A stretch of 64,000 bases of DNA from Camelus ferus (Eukaryota), in assembly GCF_009834535.1 (NCBI RefSeq), contig NC_045697.1, positions 60,638,001 through 60,702,000 on the forward strand, given 5' to 3'. A model generated the notes under the pieces. That model made no database searches, had not been told where the DNA came from, and saw only the letters and a list, made by a program, of their open reading frames with translations. The position numbers and the translations under genes were made by a program. Shown here one piece after another: positions 1 through 13,574 of the stretch. How positions within the stretch are numbered: the stretch's first letter is position 1; each line of letters starts with the position of its first letter.

Positions 1-3000
1 GTCTTCTTTCAGTTGTGTCCTAGGCCTAGCGGGGCAAGATCTGTGTGGGAAGCCTGCAGCCTGTGGGGGTATTTCAGCTGGGGGGGTGATAACAGGACAC
101 TGGACCAAAATTGGCCAAGTTTTCCCATTTTACTTTATCAGTAATAAAGTTGATATTTTAATCTCTGAAAATTTGATTCTTCTCTTTCAGTATTTCCAAA
201 TATCAATGAAATAGAAGGGCCCTATTTACTGGGTCCCTTTAATGTCCAAGTACATTTGGCTCGGAACATGAGCAGACAGGGGCTGAGACTAAGTGCGGCA
301 ATGTACAAGGAGTGACAGGTAGACCTAAAGCAGCCAGAAGTGGTGGCTGTAAGATTTAACTGCAGCAAACATGAGTATTGGCCTTTCTTGAACGTGTCAG
401 ATTAGCACGTTATAGATCATAATAACTTCTCTTTTGCTGTTTTTGCTTGTTTTTATAGTTAAACATTTATTTTTAACTGATGCGATCTGGATGACTTTAA
501 AACTCAGTCACACAGAATTGTGACCTTGGAAGTTAACTGTAGCAAAAGGCAAAAAAAAGGCAATTTCTGAGCATGGAGCCCTACGCAGCTTACACAGGCA
601 GGCTACAGGACTGGATCTTAGCAAACAAGAGGCAGGCTACACCGCACAAATAATAGATGGACCATGCTAGACCTTAACGGTGACACGTAGGCTGCCATGC
701 TAGGTAAGTTATTAGGCCAACTTAGGTAAAAACATGAACAGAGGAGAACCACTGCATGCACTAGATGAGGAAAACGTTTGTTTTCCTTTTTTGGTCAGTT
801 TTAATGTTTAAGTATTTAGATTATGGACCAGGACTTGAAGCTACAGAGATGGGGTAAGGTAGGCAGACTGAATGGGCTGCACTATTGTCAGATTCCCAAC
901 TCTCACTCCTTGCACCGAGTGATGTCAGGACCTGGCCTCATTAACCACATCAGTTCTGATTACTACTTCATGTATCAAAGACTCAAGTTGTGGCTGTACA
1001 CAAAGAGGTGTGATACAGTTTATTAAAAACAAACAAACAAAGATAAATGGGGGCCATGAACTTAGGTGGATGTAGAAAAATACACAAATAGAATGAGCAC
1101 AACTAAAGTTGAAGGAGAAAATTTTAAGGGCCTTTGGCAGAACATTTGGTCTGTAGGCCTTACTTTTAAAATGCTTTCAAAATACATATGCTTCAAAATT
1201 ATTACAAGTACAGGTACCCTAGAAGAATTATAACAAACTGAAGAAATGTAGGCTGACAAAACATGAGGGAAGGAATTATTTCTTTAAGATAAAATGGAAT
1301 TAAAATTAAATAAATGAGTAAAGTCTCTGGTTTCTGATTAATTTTAAACTATTAGAAAAGGAGGGATATTATTATTGCTACTAGAACAGAAAAGGGAAAA
1401 CAGAATGCAAAGACACCTAATAAAAATATGACTAAGATGTCAGAGGGAACCAAACTATAAACTAAATCCAAAGGGAATCAGAGAACCGGTGGGAAAACGT
1501 ATTCTCCTAAAACTGCAGATGGTTATATCCACGGTTATCTCAAGTGGGAACCAACTCTTAAGAATCAAGACAGATAGAACAGAATAGTCCCCAAAGTTGA
1601 ACATATTTGAGAGGACCAATTCATAAGGACTGATGTAAAACAGTCAAAGACTAACTGGGTGAGTTTCAAGGAATAATAGTTTTTGAAGGGTAGTATGAAA
1701 GTATTGCCTTTATATGGAAGGATTCACACATGAAATTTGTAGAACTAAGACTAAGGGAAAGCATTAAGAATAAAGAAACCTTGTGTGGAGCCCAGAAGGA
1801 CTTTTCTGAAAATGTATAACTTTCTATACTTACAGTCTTAAGACTGACTTGAAATTCCTAGTGAAAAAATATTACATGGTACAGAATTGTGCATGTTTAA
1901 TCTCTACTGAAAAAAAAATCTTAACAAACAAATTAACAGATTGTGATGTTAAGTTTCATAGTTTCCTGTGTGGATTTATCTTATCTTTTGTCTACTCAGC
2001 GATTTTGATTGAGTGAATGAATCAAACATACAATTCTTGATGAATTTTAGAGGTTCATCACTTGGGATATTAGAATATGTATTAATGAGGAAGAAGGATA
2101 GAAAAATTGAAATGTTGGTAATTACATGCAAGGGCATGGATAAAGTCTAACTCTTCATCAAGGTTGAGACAACATCACAAATACAGAGACTGTGGTAAAT
2201 AAAATGAAAACTCTATTTCATAGACTTTGTATTATTAAAGCACTCACTCTGGTAATGATGAGTATAATAAACTCATTGGTTATTCATTGCACTTCATAAA
2301 TGTTCCAATACAATTTGTAATAGTTAATGGGTATTCACAGAACATGACCCCTCTATTTGTTTTCCAATTATACAAAAGTGATGACTACCTTGCCTGTATC
2401 TTGCCCTTTATTTTACCACTGGGGATGAATGCTTCTAAGCTGCTCTCAGATAATATATTCTGTACCTTATTTCTTCTGTAATTGGTCTTCTGAATACTTG
2501 CCATTTCTATGACCATGACTCTTTTCATGCAAAGATGCTAAATGTTGTTAGGTATATTCCTTTGTGTCATCCTATGTTGCTAACTTTATTAAATGGTCAT
2601 GATACCTGTTAGCACCATGGCAAGTTGTCTATTAACGATCAAAAGAAATTCTTGCTTGTTATTCTATTTCTAAAAAGAAAATAACATGAAAAAAAACTAA
2701 AATGAAGCCTCTTTTGTTTCTTCTACTCCTCCTTTAGAAAAAAGTTTTTGAATTTCTCAAGTATTACTGCAAAACTAAATAATGCTTATGAAAAACTGCA
2801 TCTTTTACAGTGCCTCCTGTGAGATCTCCTTCTGCAATTGTGTGTTTTGAAAAAGGAATCCTTTTTTATTTTGTAAGCCACTTTCACCCCTGCCTCACAA
2901 ACACAGTCAACTTGGAAAATATTCCTAGCATTAACAGCTAAACATCAATTGGTTATGCTGTAAATCTCTTTTATCTTTCAATGTATTACAGTAATCCTCT

Positions 3001-3264
3001 TTCTTAGTCTGTTTATAGAAAAACATCTTTTATATTCAAGGATATAGCTTAAATTAATTTTAGCTGAACATGTATGCTTGAGATCTATCTGTAGCTGCCA
3101 CTTAAAGAAAAAAATTTCTACTAATGAACTTCTTGTTAAATGTCAGGATGGAAAATAATCCTTGATATTATGAAAGGTTTCTGAAATTACCTGTATTTCG
3201 TTAAACTAAAATTCACAATAGGAGTATTTATGAATGCACTATCAAACTCAAGGCCTTATTATAT

Positions 3265-4081
3265 ATGTACTGGATTATTTTTCATTGTTGCGCAACAAAT
3301 ACCCACAGACATATTAGCAGCTTTAAACAGCATACATGTATTATCCTGTGGTTACCGTGAAATAGGAGTCAGAGCACAGCTTAGCTATGTCTTCTGCTTA
3401 GGATCTGACAAGGCTGCAACCCAGGTGTCACTGGGTCTCATCTGTGGCCCACGGTCCTTTACCCAGCCCTGATCATTAAAGTAGAATCAGATTCTTGCAG
3501 CTACATAACTCCTGACACCTTGCTTCTTTAAGGCCATTATGATAGCTTTTCGGCTGCTTTGAGTTTTTATAAAGGGCTCAGCTGATCAGGTCAGGCCCTA
3601 ATTTCCATTTGATTAAATCAAAGTTAGCTGATTAGCCTTACATCTATCAAATTCCTTCACATTTGCTATATAATGTAATCTACCATAGGAATGGCATCTA
3701 TCGCATTCACAGTTCATATCTACACACAAGGGGAAGGGATTACAACCATCCTTTAATATTTATGGGGAATTGTTTCCAGGACTCACCAAGGGTATCAAAT
3801 TCCACAGATGCTCAAATCCCATAGTTGGCCTTCTCTATCCTTAAATTCCACATCATTAGATTCAACCAAGCTGGGATCGTGTATTAAGTTTGCCATCTGT
3901 GGTTGGTTGAATCCTCAGATGCAGAACCTGTGGCTACGGAGGGCCAGCTGTATATTTACTGAAAAATATCAGCCTATAAGTGGACCCATACAGTTCAAAT
4001 CCAGTGTTGTTGGAGGATCAACTGGAGAGAGGACACCAGAGAGTGGAGAGCTTGGGTCCCATCTTAGAATCTGCCGACAGC
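3265..4081 (-). mobile_element. MaLR LTR (MLT1E/F-like), split by a Tigger-family insertion
   Basis: Antisense MLT1 hallmarks: 'attgttgcgcaacaaatacc', 'gagtcagagcacagcttagct', 'aagggctcagctgatcaggtcaggccc', 'ggggaagggatta'; resumes after 4024 with 'ggacaccag...ccatcttagaatctgccgacagca'. Confidence 0.8.
3743..4024 (+). mobile_element. TcMar-Tigger MITE (MER8/Tigger3/MER2-like)
   Basis: Follows TA at 3741-3742; 'ggggaattgtttccaggac...gatgctcaaatccc...ggttggttgaatcc...tataagtggaccc...cagttcaaatcc...ggatcaactg'. Confidence 0.85.
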
Positions 4082-5289
4082 ATGTATCTTTCCTACAGTG
4101 GTCAAAGTAGCTGCAATAGATGTTTTTCAGAATTGTACTAAGAATTCATATATGCGCGCACACACACACACATATATGTAGTAGGTTTGCGTACACTCCC
4201 AACTCGAGAAATTTTGAAAAAAATATACATTCTCCTATATTTCTGTTGGGCATACGTGAACCCAAACAGCATTGAATGTTGGCTTGCTATATCTACTGCA
4301 AAGATATTTTTATTCTAAACTAGAGAGAAATGGAGGGGTGAATTATGTAAGCATCTGGAGCCCTTTTTCCCACCCTAGGCAGTTATAAACAACCAGATGT
4401 TCCCTTAAATTAACTCCTTGTTAATCTAGTCAAGGCTGAGCACCTGTATTTCAAAGATTTCTGTGCTGTAATAAAGGAAGAAAATACTATACATAAGTTA
4501 TAAATTATGCTGACAAAATGATTTAAATATTTCTTTTTAAATTTTCTCTTTAATAGGTTATAGAGGACAGTAGCATAAGAAGTGAATTAATGAGAAATAA
4601 TTCTGAAGACAATGAAAGATACACTCAAAATTTATCTTACGTTATCATAAATTTGACTCAGCATTTAATTATTTAATACCTGGTATGTTAATGATAGTAT
4701 CACTTTTCATTCATATGTTTTGTAAGACTTACAAAGTTTTTTAAAAAGCAGTATATTAATTTTCACAGAATAAATTAGGAATTAATTTTATTGAGACAGA
4801 AAAAGTTTAAATGACCAATATTCTATATAATATTCTCACAAAAATGAAATTAGGATATATTTTCAAAGCCTTGTCTGGTTCAGGCAAAGTTGTCTGTTCA
4901 CCATCAGCATGTTTCTGAATTTGAAATGGATATTTCTTGATAATTACAATTCTTAGAATCAGCAAGAGTTCAAGAAGTCTCAGAAAACCATTTGGTCATT
5001 TTTCATTTAGGATAAACTAGACAAAATGATCATTGTGCATTCTGCAAATCACAGTGCTGCTTAAATATATACGTCTATCTTAATGGGCTGATCCAATAGT
5101 TTCTCTCACTTCTCCAAATTTTTATCTTATTTATTAAAACTTTTCAGTGACTTGAATATGTTCTAACATGTAGGAGACAAAAATAATTCTAATAATTTGG
5201 AAGAAAAATGAAATTCTTTATACTCTGTTTATCTTGGTAAAATAATTCATGCAGCCATGTGTTGAAATATGGTGGGTTTTGCTGTCAAC

Positions 5290-5475
5290 TGGACTTTTGT
5301 GTGAATCACAATTTTATCATATTCTATCTGATAGCCTTTAGAAAGTTCCCTAAGACTCAGTTTATTTTTGTACAAATTGAATGATAGCAAATCCTATCTT
5401 GTCATGAGCATTACAAAAATTAATGCCTGTGAAGAGTCCAGAATAATATCTGGTCCATGATGTGTGCTCAAGAAA
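5290..5475 (+). mobile_element. MIR SINE fragment
   Basis: Degenerate core 'ctaagactcagtttatttttgtacaaattg' and 3' 'tggtccatgatgtgtgctcaagaaa'. Confidence 0.5.
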
Positions 5476-5529
5476 CAAACTTCTTTTCTTACTTTCTGTC
5501 TTCTTCCCTCTATCCTTACTTTTTTCCTT

Positions 5530-7350
5530 TTTTAAAAAACAGCTTTATTAAGACAACTCACATGTCAGAAAATTCACCTTTTTAAAACGTGCACTTAAAT
5601 ATTAAATATTTTAGTATACTCACAAAACCTGGTGATCATCACTATTTAATTTTAGAACAGTTTTTCACCCCAGAAAGGAACCCTGATAATCATCAGCAGT
5701 TACTTCCCAATGCCCCTCCCTCAGATAACTACTAACTTCCTTTTTCTCTCTGTTGAGCTGCCTTTTCTGGATGTTTCCCATAAATGGAATCATACAATAA
5801 GTGATCTTTTGTGATTGGTTTCTTTCACATAGAATAATGGCGTTCCATCCATACTGTAGAATACATCAGCACTTCATTAATTTTCATGGACAAATAATAT
5901 TCCATTTTATGGTTATACCACTTTTGTTCATCCATTCATCAGGTAATGGACATTTGAGTTGTTTTACATTTGGGCTATTATAAGAAATGCTGCTATGCAA
6001 ATTTATGTACAAGCTTTTATGCAGATATATGTTTTCATTTTTCCTGGGTATATACCAAGGAGTGGAATTAGTGGGTCATACTGTAACTGTATGTTTAACT
6101 ATTTTAGGAACTGTCAAACACTTTCCCAAGTGGCTGCACCATTTTACATTCCAACCAGCAATGAATGAGGGTTTCAATTTCACACAACCTCACCAACACT
6201 TGCTATTATCTGTCTTTTTGATTGCCACTTTCCAAGTGAGTTTGAAGGTAATATTTCACAGTTGTTTGATTTCCAATTCCTATTTTTAATTAAGTTGCCT
6301 TTATATTATTGCATTGTGGTATTATTTTTGTATTTTGGATATTAATCCCTTATCAGATAAATGATTGCATATTTTTTCTATTGCATGAGTTGCATTTTCA
6401 CTTTTTTGAGGTGACATTTATTAAAAAACATTTTTACTTCTTTATGAAATTGAATCTATCTCCTTTTTTTCATTGCTTATTATGTTTTATTTTGTTGTTA
6501 TACCTAAGAAATTCTCATCTAACCAAAGGTCATGAAAACTTACTCCTACATATTCTTCTAAAAGTTTTATCATTTAGCTCTTACATTTAGGGATATTATC
6601 CCATTTCAATTAATTTTTGCATATGGTGTGAATGGTCCAAACACATTTCTTTGCATGCAACTATCTAGTGGTGTCAACGCTATTTATTGAAAAAATATTA
6701 TTTCCTCATTATATTATACTGGCACTCTTACCAGTAATCAATTGACCATAGATGTACGGATTAATTCCTATTCCTTTGATCTATATGTCAGTTACATTAC
6801 TACCATACAGTTCTTGATTGCTATTTCTTTATAGTAGACTTTGAAATCAGGAATCCCTAATCTTCCAACTTTGTGCTTTTTCAATAGTTTTTTGGCTATC
6901 CAAAATGGGTCATTTGCATTTTCACTTGAATTTTAAGATCAGAATGACAATTTCTTCAAAAAAAGCATGATAGGGATTGCATTGAATCTTTAGATTAATT
7001 TGGGGAGCACTGCTTTCTTAATATTTTCAGTATAGAAGTCTTACACTTTTTTGTTAAATTTATTCCTTAGTAATTTATTTTTTTGATGTTATAAAAATTA
7101 TTTTCTTAATTTCATTCATTTTCACATTGTTTATTGTGGCACAAAATACCAATAATTTTTATATACTTATCTTACATATTACATTCATTTATTAATTTTT
7201 ATAATTTCTTTTTTTTTCAGTTTTGGCAGATTCCTTGAGATTTTTCTATATACAAAGTCATGTCATCTGCAAATAAATGTAGTTTTAAATTTTTTCCAAT
7301 CTGTATATCCCTTTTTTTCTTGCCTAATTGCCCTCACTAAAATTTCCTCC
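5530..7350 (-). mobile_element. L1 (L1MB-like) 3' UTR and ORF2 3' part, decayed
   Basis: Antisense L1 3' end 'cagctttattaagac...aaaattcacc', 'aatggaatcatacaata', 'ggacatttgagttgttt', 'ggagtggaattagtgggtcata', 'gggattgcattgaatct', 'tcatgtcatctgcaaata'. Confidence 0.9.
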
Positions 7351-7449
7351 TGCATTTCATTTTCTAGCAAACTTTAAGTATTTGTTGTATGTTAGAAACT
7401 AATATAGGTTTTAAGCATATGAAAAATAATTTTGATTACCTTGATGAAT

Positions 7450-9320
7450 GGCTGGGAACTGGAGTGTAGACTACTGTAAATGTTAGAAAATCCTGGGGAT
7501 GGCAGTATTACAGACACCCTCGCACCTAACGTTTTTACCTCCAGGAATCCATCAAAGTTCTCATGATGAGGAATCAGTAAAGATTCCTTCCTGTCCCAGA
7601 TTCCTGTCAGGGGAGAGAAAAATAATTAGAGCATTTTCCATAACAATGTCCTACTCCCCAGGAAAAGAATTTACCAGAGCCTTCTCCAACTTGGGGAAAG
7701 GACATTTCTACTACCCCACTCCCTCTGTTCTTCCCGTCTCACCTAAAGGTGGGAGAAACCTAAAGCACTAAAATACTTGTGAAAGTCACAACCCAGGGAC
7801 ACAGGCCCATCAAAAGACTAAGCTTTAATCTTTAGAATGCTTTTCCTTCCCCATACCTAACCACCAACCAACGGGGCTCCAGTAAAGAAACAATGATTAC
7901 AGCTGAAATCAGCAAGACAGACTCTGAGGAAGAGCATTTAGGGAAACCAAAGTCAAAAGGGAAGACAAAAACAAGGACACAAGAGAAATTTGAATTTGCT
8001 AGCCCTTGTGTATCCCAGACCGACAGCCACATAAATCCTCACACTAGGCTTTTTTTTACCTAAGATCCTTTATCTGATACATCATTTTTTATTTTAAAAA
8101 AAGTGTATGAGGTACATCAAAAGACAAGAGAAAACATGGTCTTAAAAGATAAAACAAGTATCAGAACCAGATCAAATAAGACATGGATGTTGGAATTATC
8201 AGAGAGGAAATCTGAAATAATCATGATTAATATATTAAGAACTATGATGGGGAAAGTAGATAACATGTGAAAACAGGTTATAATGTAAGCAGAGAGACTG
8301 GAACTCTAATGAAGAATTAAAGGAAATGTTAGAAACCAAAACACAACAGAAATGAAAAACGCTTTTGAGCTGAATATGTCCAGTATACTGAACACAGAAG
8401 AGGAAAGAATCAATGAGTCTGAATATATGCCAATAGAAACTTCAGAAACTGAAATGCAAAGAGAAAAAACAACTAAAAATGGGGGTATGCCTAAGAGACA
8501 CAGAAACCAACTGAAAGATTTCTCAAAAGTCGAAGCTAGAATATTTCAAGCAAGAAAAAACTGACCAAGTTATTGGATTGTAACCCAAAGTAAAAACTCA
8601 ATATCTGTGAGTCCTTATTGACTCATCAACATAAGCAAATGACTGGAAAAGTTCCCAAGCAATGGATAGAGCATAACTGCTCACTCCTTAGATGTGGGCT
8701 CTGCAAAGTGACTTCCTTCCAAAGAGAAGAGTACATAAACTGGGATAAAAAGTGTGACTTTCCAGTGGAGAAACCTGATAGACACTGCCTCAGTCAGGTG
8801 GTCAAAGTCGACATCAAACGTGGTAACTCATACTGATAGCAGGCACCCTCAGTATGATGTGATGAAAATGCCATTTACCTGCTTCCGTACTCTTTTTGTC
8901 AAAATCCATAACCTCTCTCTAACCACAAGAAAAACATTAGCTAAATCGCAGTTGAGGAACATATACTACAAGATACCTGACCAGCACTTTTCAAAACCGC
9001 CAAAGTTTATCAAAAATAAGGAAAGTCTGATAAACTCTCACAGCCAACCGGAGCCTAGGGAGAAATGTCATGTAGTACCCTGGATGGGATCTTGGAACAG
9101 AAAAAGGACATTAGATCAAAACTAAAACATATGAATAAAGCATGAACTTCAGTTAATAATAATGCATCAATATTGGTTCATTAATTGTAACAAACATACC
9201 ATACTAACATAAGATGTTAATAACAGGGGAAACTAGGTACAGGATACATGGGAACTCTGTATTATCCTTCTAACATCTCTGTAAATCTAAAACTATTCTA
9301 AAATTTAAAAGTTTACTGGA
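7450..9320 (+). mobile_element. Old L1 (L1MC/L1MD-like): 5' UTR and ORF1 start joined to 3' UTR
   Basis: 5'-end-like segment ~7450-8050; ORF1 remnant (ORF 8352-8564 'LNTEEERINESEYMPIETSETEMQREK'); from ~8480 L1MC/MD 3' UTR ('gtggagaaacctga', 'ccctggatgggatcttggaacagaaaaaggacattag', 'ctgtaaatctaaaactattctaaaa'). Confidence 0.8.
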
Positions 9321-9689
9321 ACAAAAAAACATCATTTGTAACTCTTTCTTCATGTAAATTTAATTCCATCTATCAAAAATTGAAAAGTAAAGAAATACTA
9401 TAGGTAAAAATCTATAAATTAATCAAATATAATTTAAGAATAGTACACTTGCCAGTAAGAAAAGGCCTGGCCATTACTTCTTCTAACCTAATTGAATTCA
9501 TACTTATATTCAAGTATTACAATATTACATGTTTGCTTTTCTCTCTTGTCTCTGTCTGTCTCTTCCTCTCATATTTATCAGGTAAGGGACATGGAGGAGG
9601 CATATATCTTAACTCTATTTACAGTTTAGTTATCATTTAGGAAATTGTGAGATAACTGATTTGTAAAAATAAAATTAATCCTGAACTAC

Positions 9690-10050
9690 AAATATTTTGT
9701 TTTTTTACTGCTCCGAAACAAGGTAACACAAACTTGGCAGTGTAAAACCACATACACTTATTTTTATCTCACAGTTTTTCTGGATCAAGGGTCTGGGCAT
9801 GACTTAGCTAGATTTTCAGGACTTGGCTTCCTTTTAGTTTTCACAAGGCTTCGATCAATATGGTGACCAGGCCATGTTCTCATCTGGGGTCCAGCATCGT
9901 CTGCTGAGCTAATTCAGGTTGTTAGATAAATTTCAGGTCCTTGAACCTCTACAACTGAGATTTCCCCTCACTGGCCAGCCCTTGGCCAGGGACGACTCTC
10001 AACAACTAGAAGAGGCCTGCAGTTCTTCGGCCCCTCACTCCTCTAGACTT
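9690..10050 (-). mobile_element. MaLR LTR fragment (MLT1E/F-like)
   Basis: 'tttatctcacagtttttctggatcaagggtctgggcatgacttagctag', 'cacaaggct...ttctcatctgggg', 'ctctcaacaactagaagaggcc'. Confidence 0.75.
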
Positions 10051-10679
10051 TTACCACAAGGCTATTTGCTTCTGACTTACAATGTTTTTACTCCATAGGT
10101 TCCTATATTAAACACTACATCCTTATGTGGTTCTCAGTCCTCACCAGACCAGAAGTACCAAATTCACAAAAAGGAGAAATAGAATATGAAAATCTTATGA
10201 GGTAACAAACACAGCAATGGAAGACAAATTAAAAATTTTCAGGGATCCAAAAGGTAGCAACTCTGGGCATTTAGGAGTGTGTGGGAACAGCCTTTGGGAT
10301 TAAATCTGCTCCCTATGGCAGGTCAAGAATTTCTATTAGGTGGGGACTTATAAATGGGCTTCAATGGTATGGTATGCAGGTTATGGGATGATGGAAATTG
10401 GTTGATGCATGGTTATTAATTAATGGATATGCTTAATTGTAGTAATTGGAAATTGATGAAAAAGAAATGTATAAAATAAAGGGTAAATTCTTTCCATTAA
10501 GACTCCCAAAATGTAACTACTCTTGACATTTTTCCCTGTATTCAGACACATCAATGCATACAAATCTACCAAATCCTTTTCAATGATTAATAACCCAGGT
10601 TCAACAAATATTTACTAAACCCTTGTTATGTCCCAACAAAGAAAATACTAATTAGCCTCAAAAGAACACATGCGGTAGA

Positions 10680-10800
10680 TTTTCTTATTCACACTTTAGA
10701 CATAAGGTTACTGAGTTTCAGCTTATTTACTTCCCCCATCCCAGCTCACACAGCTAGTCATCTGGGAGCCCTGCTTCCAACCCAGGCCTTCTCTTCCCTA
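10680..10800 (-). mobile_element. MIR fragment
   Basis: 'tttagacataaggttactgag...tcacacagctagtca...ttccaacccagg'. Confidence 0.5.
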
Positions 10801-10816
10801 CAACACACGACCTCAT

Positions 10817-10930
10817 TTTGGGGGGATACGGGAAGGGGAGATAATTAGGTTTATTTTATTCATTTTAATGGGGGTACTGGAGATTGAACCCAGGACCTCA
10901 TGCATGCTAAGTATGCACTCTACCCTCCCC
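10817..10930 (-). mobile_element. tRNA-derived SINE (camelid Vic-1-like) with TSD
   Basis: Reverse complement reads ggggagggtagagtgcatacttagcatgcatgaggtcctgggttcaatctccagtacccc...aaacctaattatctcccc (B-box GGTTCAATC); flanked by cacacgacctcatttt / cacacaacctctttt. Confidence 0.85.
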
Positions 10931-11639
10931 CACACAACCTCTTTTGAGGGCATGTTACATAAATGAGATGTCAGTGCACAAAAGCATCACAGGCATCTCC
11001 TATAGACACAGAAGAGCAGCTCAGCAATGTCGACAGCACAAGCAGACTGATTATAACTAATTACGAGGCTCACACTTGTTCTTTTGAATGCCTTGACTAA
11101 GTGTGTCTAGTTTTCTAATTGAAGTGTGAAAGGGTTGTGGATATTCATTAGCTAGTTTTCACCTTCTAAAGTCATAACTTTTAATTTTTTTGCTCTTTAA
11201 GAGGTTTATTTCTGTTTTTTAATTTGGTTTCTGTTTTCTAAGTAATTCCATTTCCAAGTTTCTGCAATAAGATGGTGATATTTTTAGGATGGCAAAACAA
11301 CATAAAATATTGATGGCTAACATAATATAAACTAATTCCAAATGTAATACAAATGGTCGACTTACATACTAAATTTCCCCAAATATATTACATTTATTAA
11401 GGTAGAATCTTAAGAGAATTTATTTGATGAAGGATGTAATTGAAAGACAGAATAACATTTCAAATTTACATGTTAACGTTACGTTATTTGCACTTGTTAC
11501 AATGAAATAACCTGTGCATGTATCTTGGCATAATAACAATACGTAATTGGTTGAAAACTACTCCACCATTGTGTTTCTGTTTTAAGGTGCCTAGGGAGCA
11601 GACTGGACCATTCTGTTTCCTTTAGTTCCTTTAAAGAAT

Positions 11640-11840
11640 ACTTAAGAACATGGACTTTGTTTTCAGAGTGAGCGTCTAGTCCCAGGTTCATTATCAGTAG
11701 ATATATCACCTTGGGGTCACCTTGGGAATCCTTTTTTTACCTAAAACTCAAGAGTTTCAGTTTCCTCATCTGTAAAATGTGAATACCATTAATGATTAAC
11801 AGATTTGTGGCAAAGGGTTATAAAACAAAATATATGTAAA
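11640..11840 (+). mobile_element. MIR SINE
   Basis: 'ttaagaacatggactttg' and the MIR core 'tttcagtttcctcatctgtaaaatg'. Confidence 0.75.
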
Positions 11841-12869
11841 TTTCACATTATAGATATAGCTCGAAGACGATGTAGTTTTGTTCATTTTGTTTAAGAAAGT
11901 GGAGAAAGAAGAGTTAGAGGATGGAGGAGAAGGAAGAGATATATCCGTCCTGACTCCGAGTCCAAAAAAACTAAGGCAGATGAGCATTAGTACCAATATT
12001 TTCCTTTGCATGTGCTGATGGAGCACCAGAAAACATATATTCCTCTTAAGTATCATACGCTATATTCAGAATGGATTTATAGGACTATCTAAGAATCAGT
12101 TATTCACGTGGAACCTCCCAAGTGTCTAAAGCCTATTCAAAATTACTTGACTATTCAGATCCTATCTTTCCAGTGAGCTCTGTTTCTGTCCCTTCATAGT
12201 TGAAAGCCTTTAAATTTATCTTCTCAAGGCTTTAGTAATGAGGTGATTTGATTACTTTAGTTTAATGGAGCTGAAACAACCAAGTAAGTAAGAGGGTTAA
12301 TTAATTTGTTTGGAATCCAAGTTTTATTTTTGAACTGCATATAAAGGAAATAAGAAGCAAAGGCAAAACTGATCAGCATGGGACAATTTTAAGAGCACTA
12401 CTGCTTAGATTATAAACTGGTTATGGTTTTGTTAGTTTATAGAGATCTCTGAACCCAGTTGTATAGTAATGAGCCTTAATTGTATGCTTAAATGAATAAT
12501 TTGTAGTCAGTGATTGACTAGAAATATGCTGTCAGTTATGTGCATTCTCATCTTTTATTATAGATTTGGCCATTTGTTGAATTTATATTTTATATCTTAT
12601 GGTTTTAAAATTCCTCCCTCAGCCTCAATGAGTCTTACCCAAATTTTCCATAGATTCCTATGAGAGGTACCCTCACTTGGATACTTAAAATAGACTTGCG
12701 ATGGAAAATAGGAAAGCTAAGCAAAATTTATTCAGTGAATATTCAGTAAGTCCATTAAATTATTTCAATTAAGTTGTATACTTTGTCCTAATGTTCTAAG
12801 TCTCCTCTATGATACGGAATGAAAATTGGAAGAGTCCTTTAACCCACTGATATATCATAGCATTAATAG

Positions 12870-13520
12870 CAGCACAACTTGAGGTGAAGTACACCCTTTT
12901 GCAGTGTGTAGTATACAACATCAGCTGTGAAATATTTGTGACAAAACGATGTTTAACTTGAATCTAGTCAACCTGTTAGATCTAACTTCCAGCTGGCATT
13001 AAATACAAGGGAATAATAACACTTTTAAAGACATGTGAGAAATCAGACAAATTCAGAAGGTGGGACTTTCTACAGGACAATTGATTTCTCTCTTCAGTAA
13101 GTTGATGCCATAAAAAGTGAGGCACTATTTGTATCAAAGAGATTTAACTGACATAACAGTCCAATGCAGTGTGCAGATATGGTCAGATACTGGTTTGAAC
13201 AAATTACCTGGAAAAGATACTTTAAGAAAATCTGCAGAAATAAAAATACACACTGCAAGTTAGATGATAGCAAGGAATTATTGTTTTTCTTTTTTGAAAT
13301 GTTATTCTGATTAAATTATACAGGAAAATATCTTTGATTTTGGATGTTTATACTGAAGTATTTTGGAGTGGATAACATGAAGTTATTTTAAAATATTAGA
13401 GAAAATAGAAGAAATAAATATAAATTTGGTGATGAACTATTAGATTGGCAATAGGAATTCAATATCAAATATCATTTCCTTCTATATTTTTGTATGTTTG
13501 AAAATTTTTATATTAAAAAG
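12870..13520 (+). mobile_element. L1 3' UTR (L1MC4/L1MC5/L1ME-like)
   Basis: 'aatcagacaaattcagaaggtgggactttctacaggacaa', 'agagatttaactgacataaca', 'tactgaagtatttt', 'tatgtttgaaaatttt...aaaaag'. Confidence 0.75.
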
Positions 13521-13574
13521 TGACATAAAAGTAGAGTACACCTGATAAAAAATTATGTAAGAAAAAACAGTTTT

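Noticed and set aside
1..2650. Possible ancient LTR-element internal region or viral relic ('GPYLLGPFN' resembling parvoviral VP1 YLGPFN or the integrase GPY motif; 'gggctgcactattgtcag' resembling an ERV-L PPT/LTR boundary at ~875-890)
   Set aside because: Motifs are isolated, and the downstream PLA2 residues (HDxxY) and other collinear motifs are absent. It cannot be assigned without a Dfam or tBLASTn search.
5530..9320. Adjacent opposite-strand L1s as one inverted insertion
   Set aside because: Each has its own 3' end and they look like different subfamilies; no shared TSD was seen.
10860..10930. tRNA gene
   Set aside because: tRNA-like head of a SINE with a tail and TSD; A-box partly deleted.
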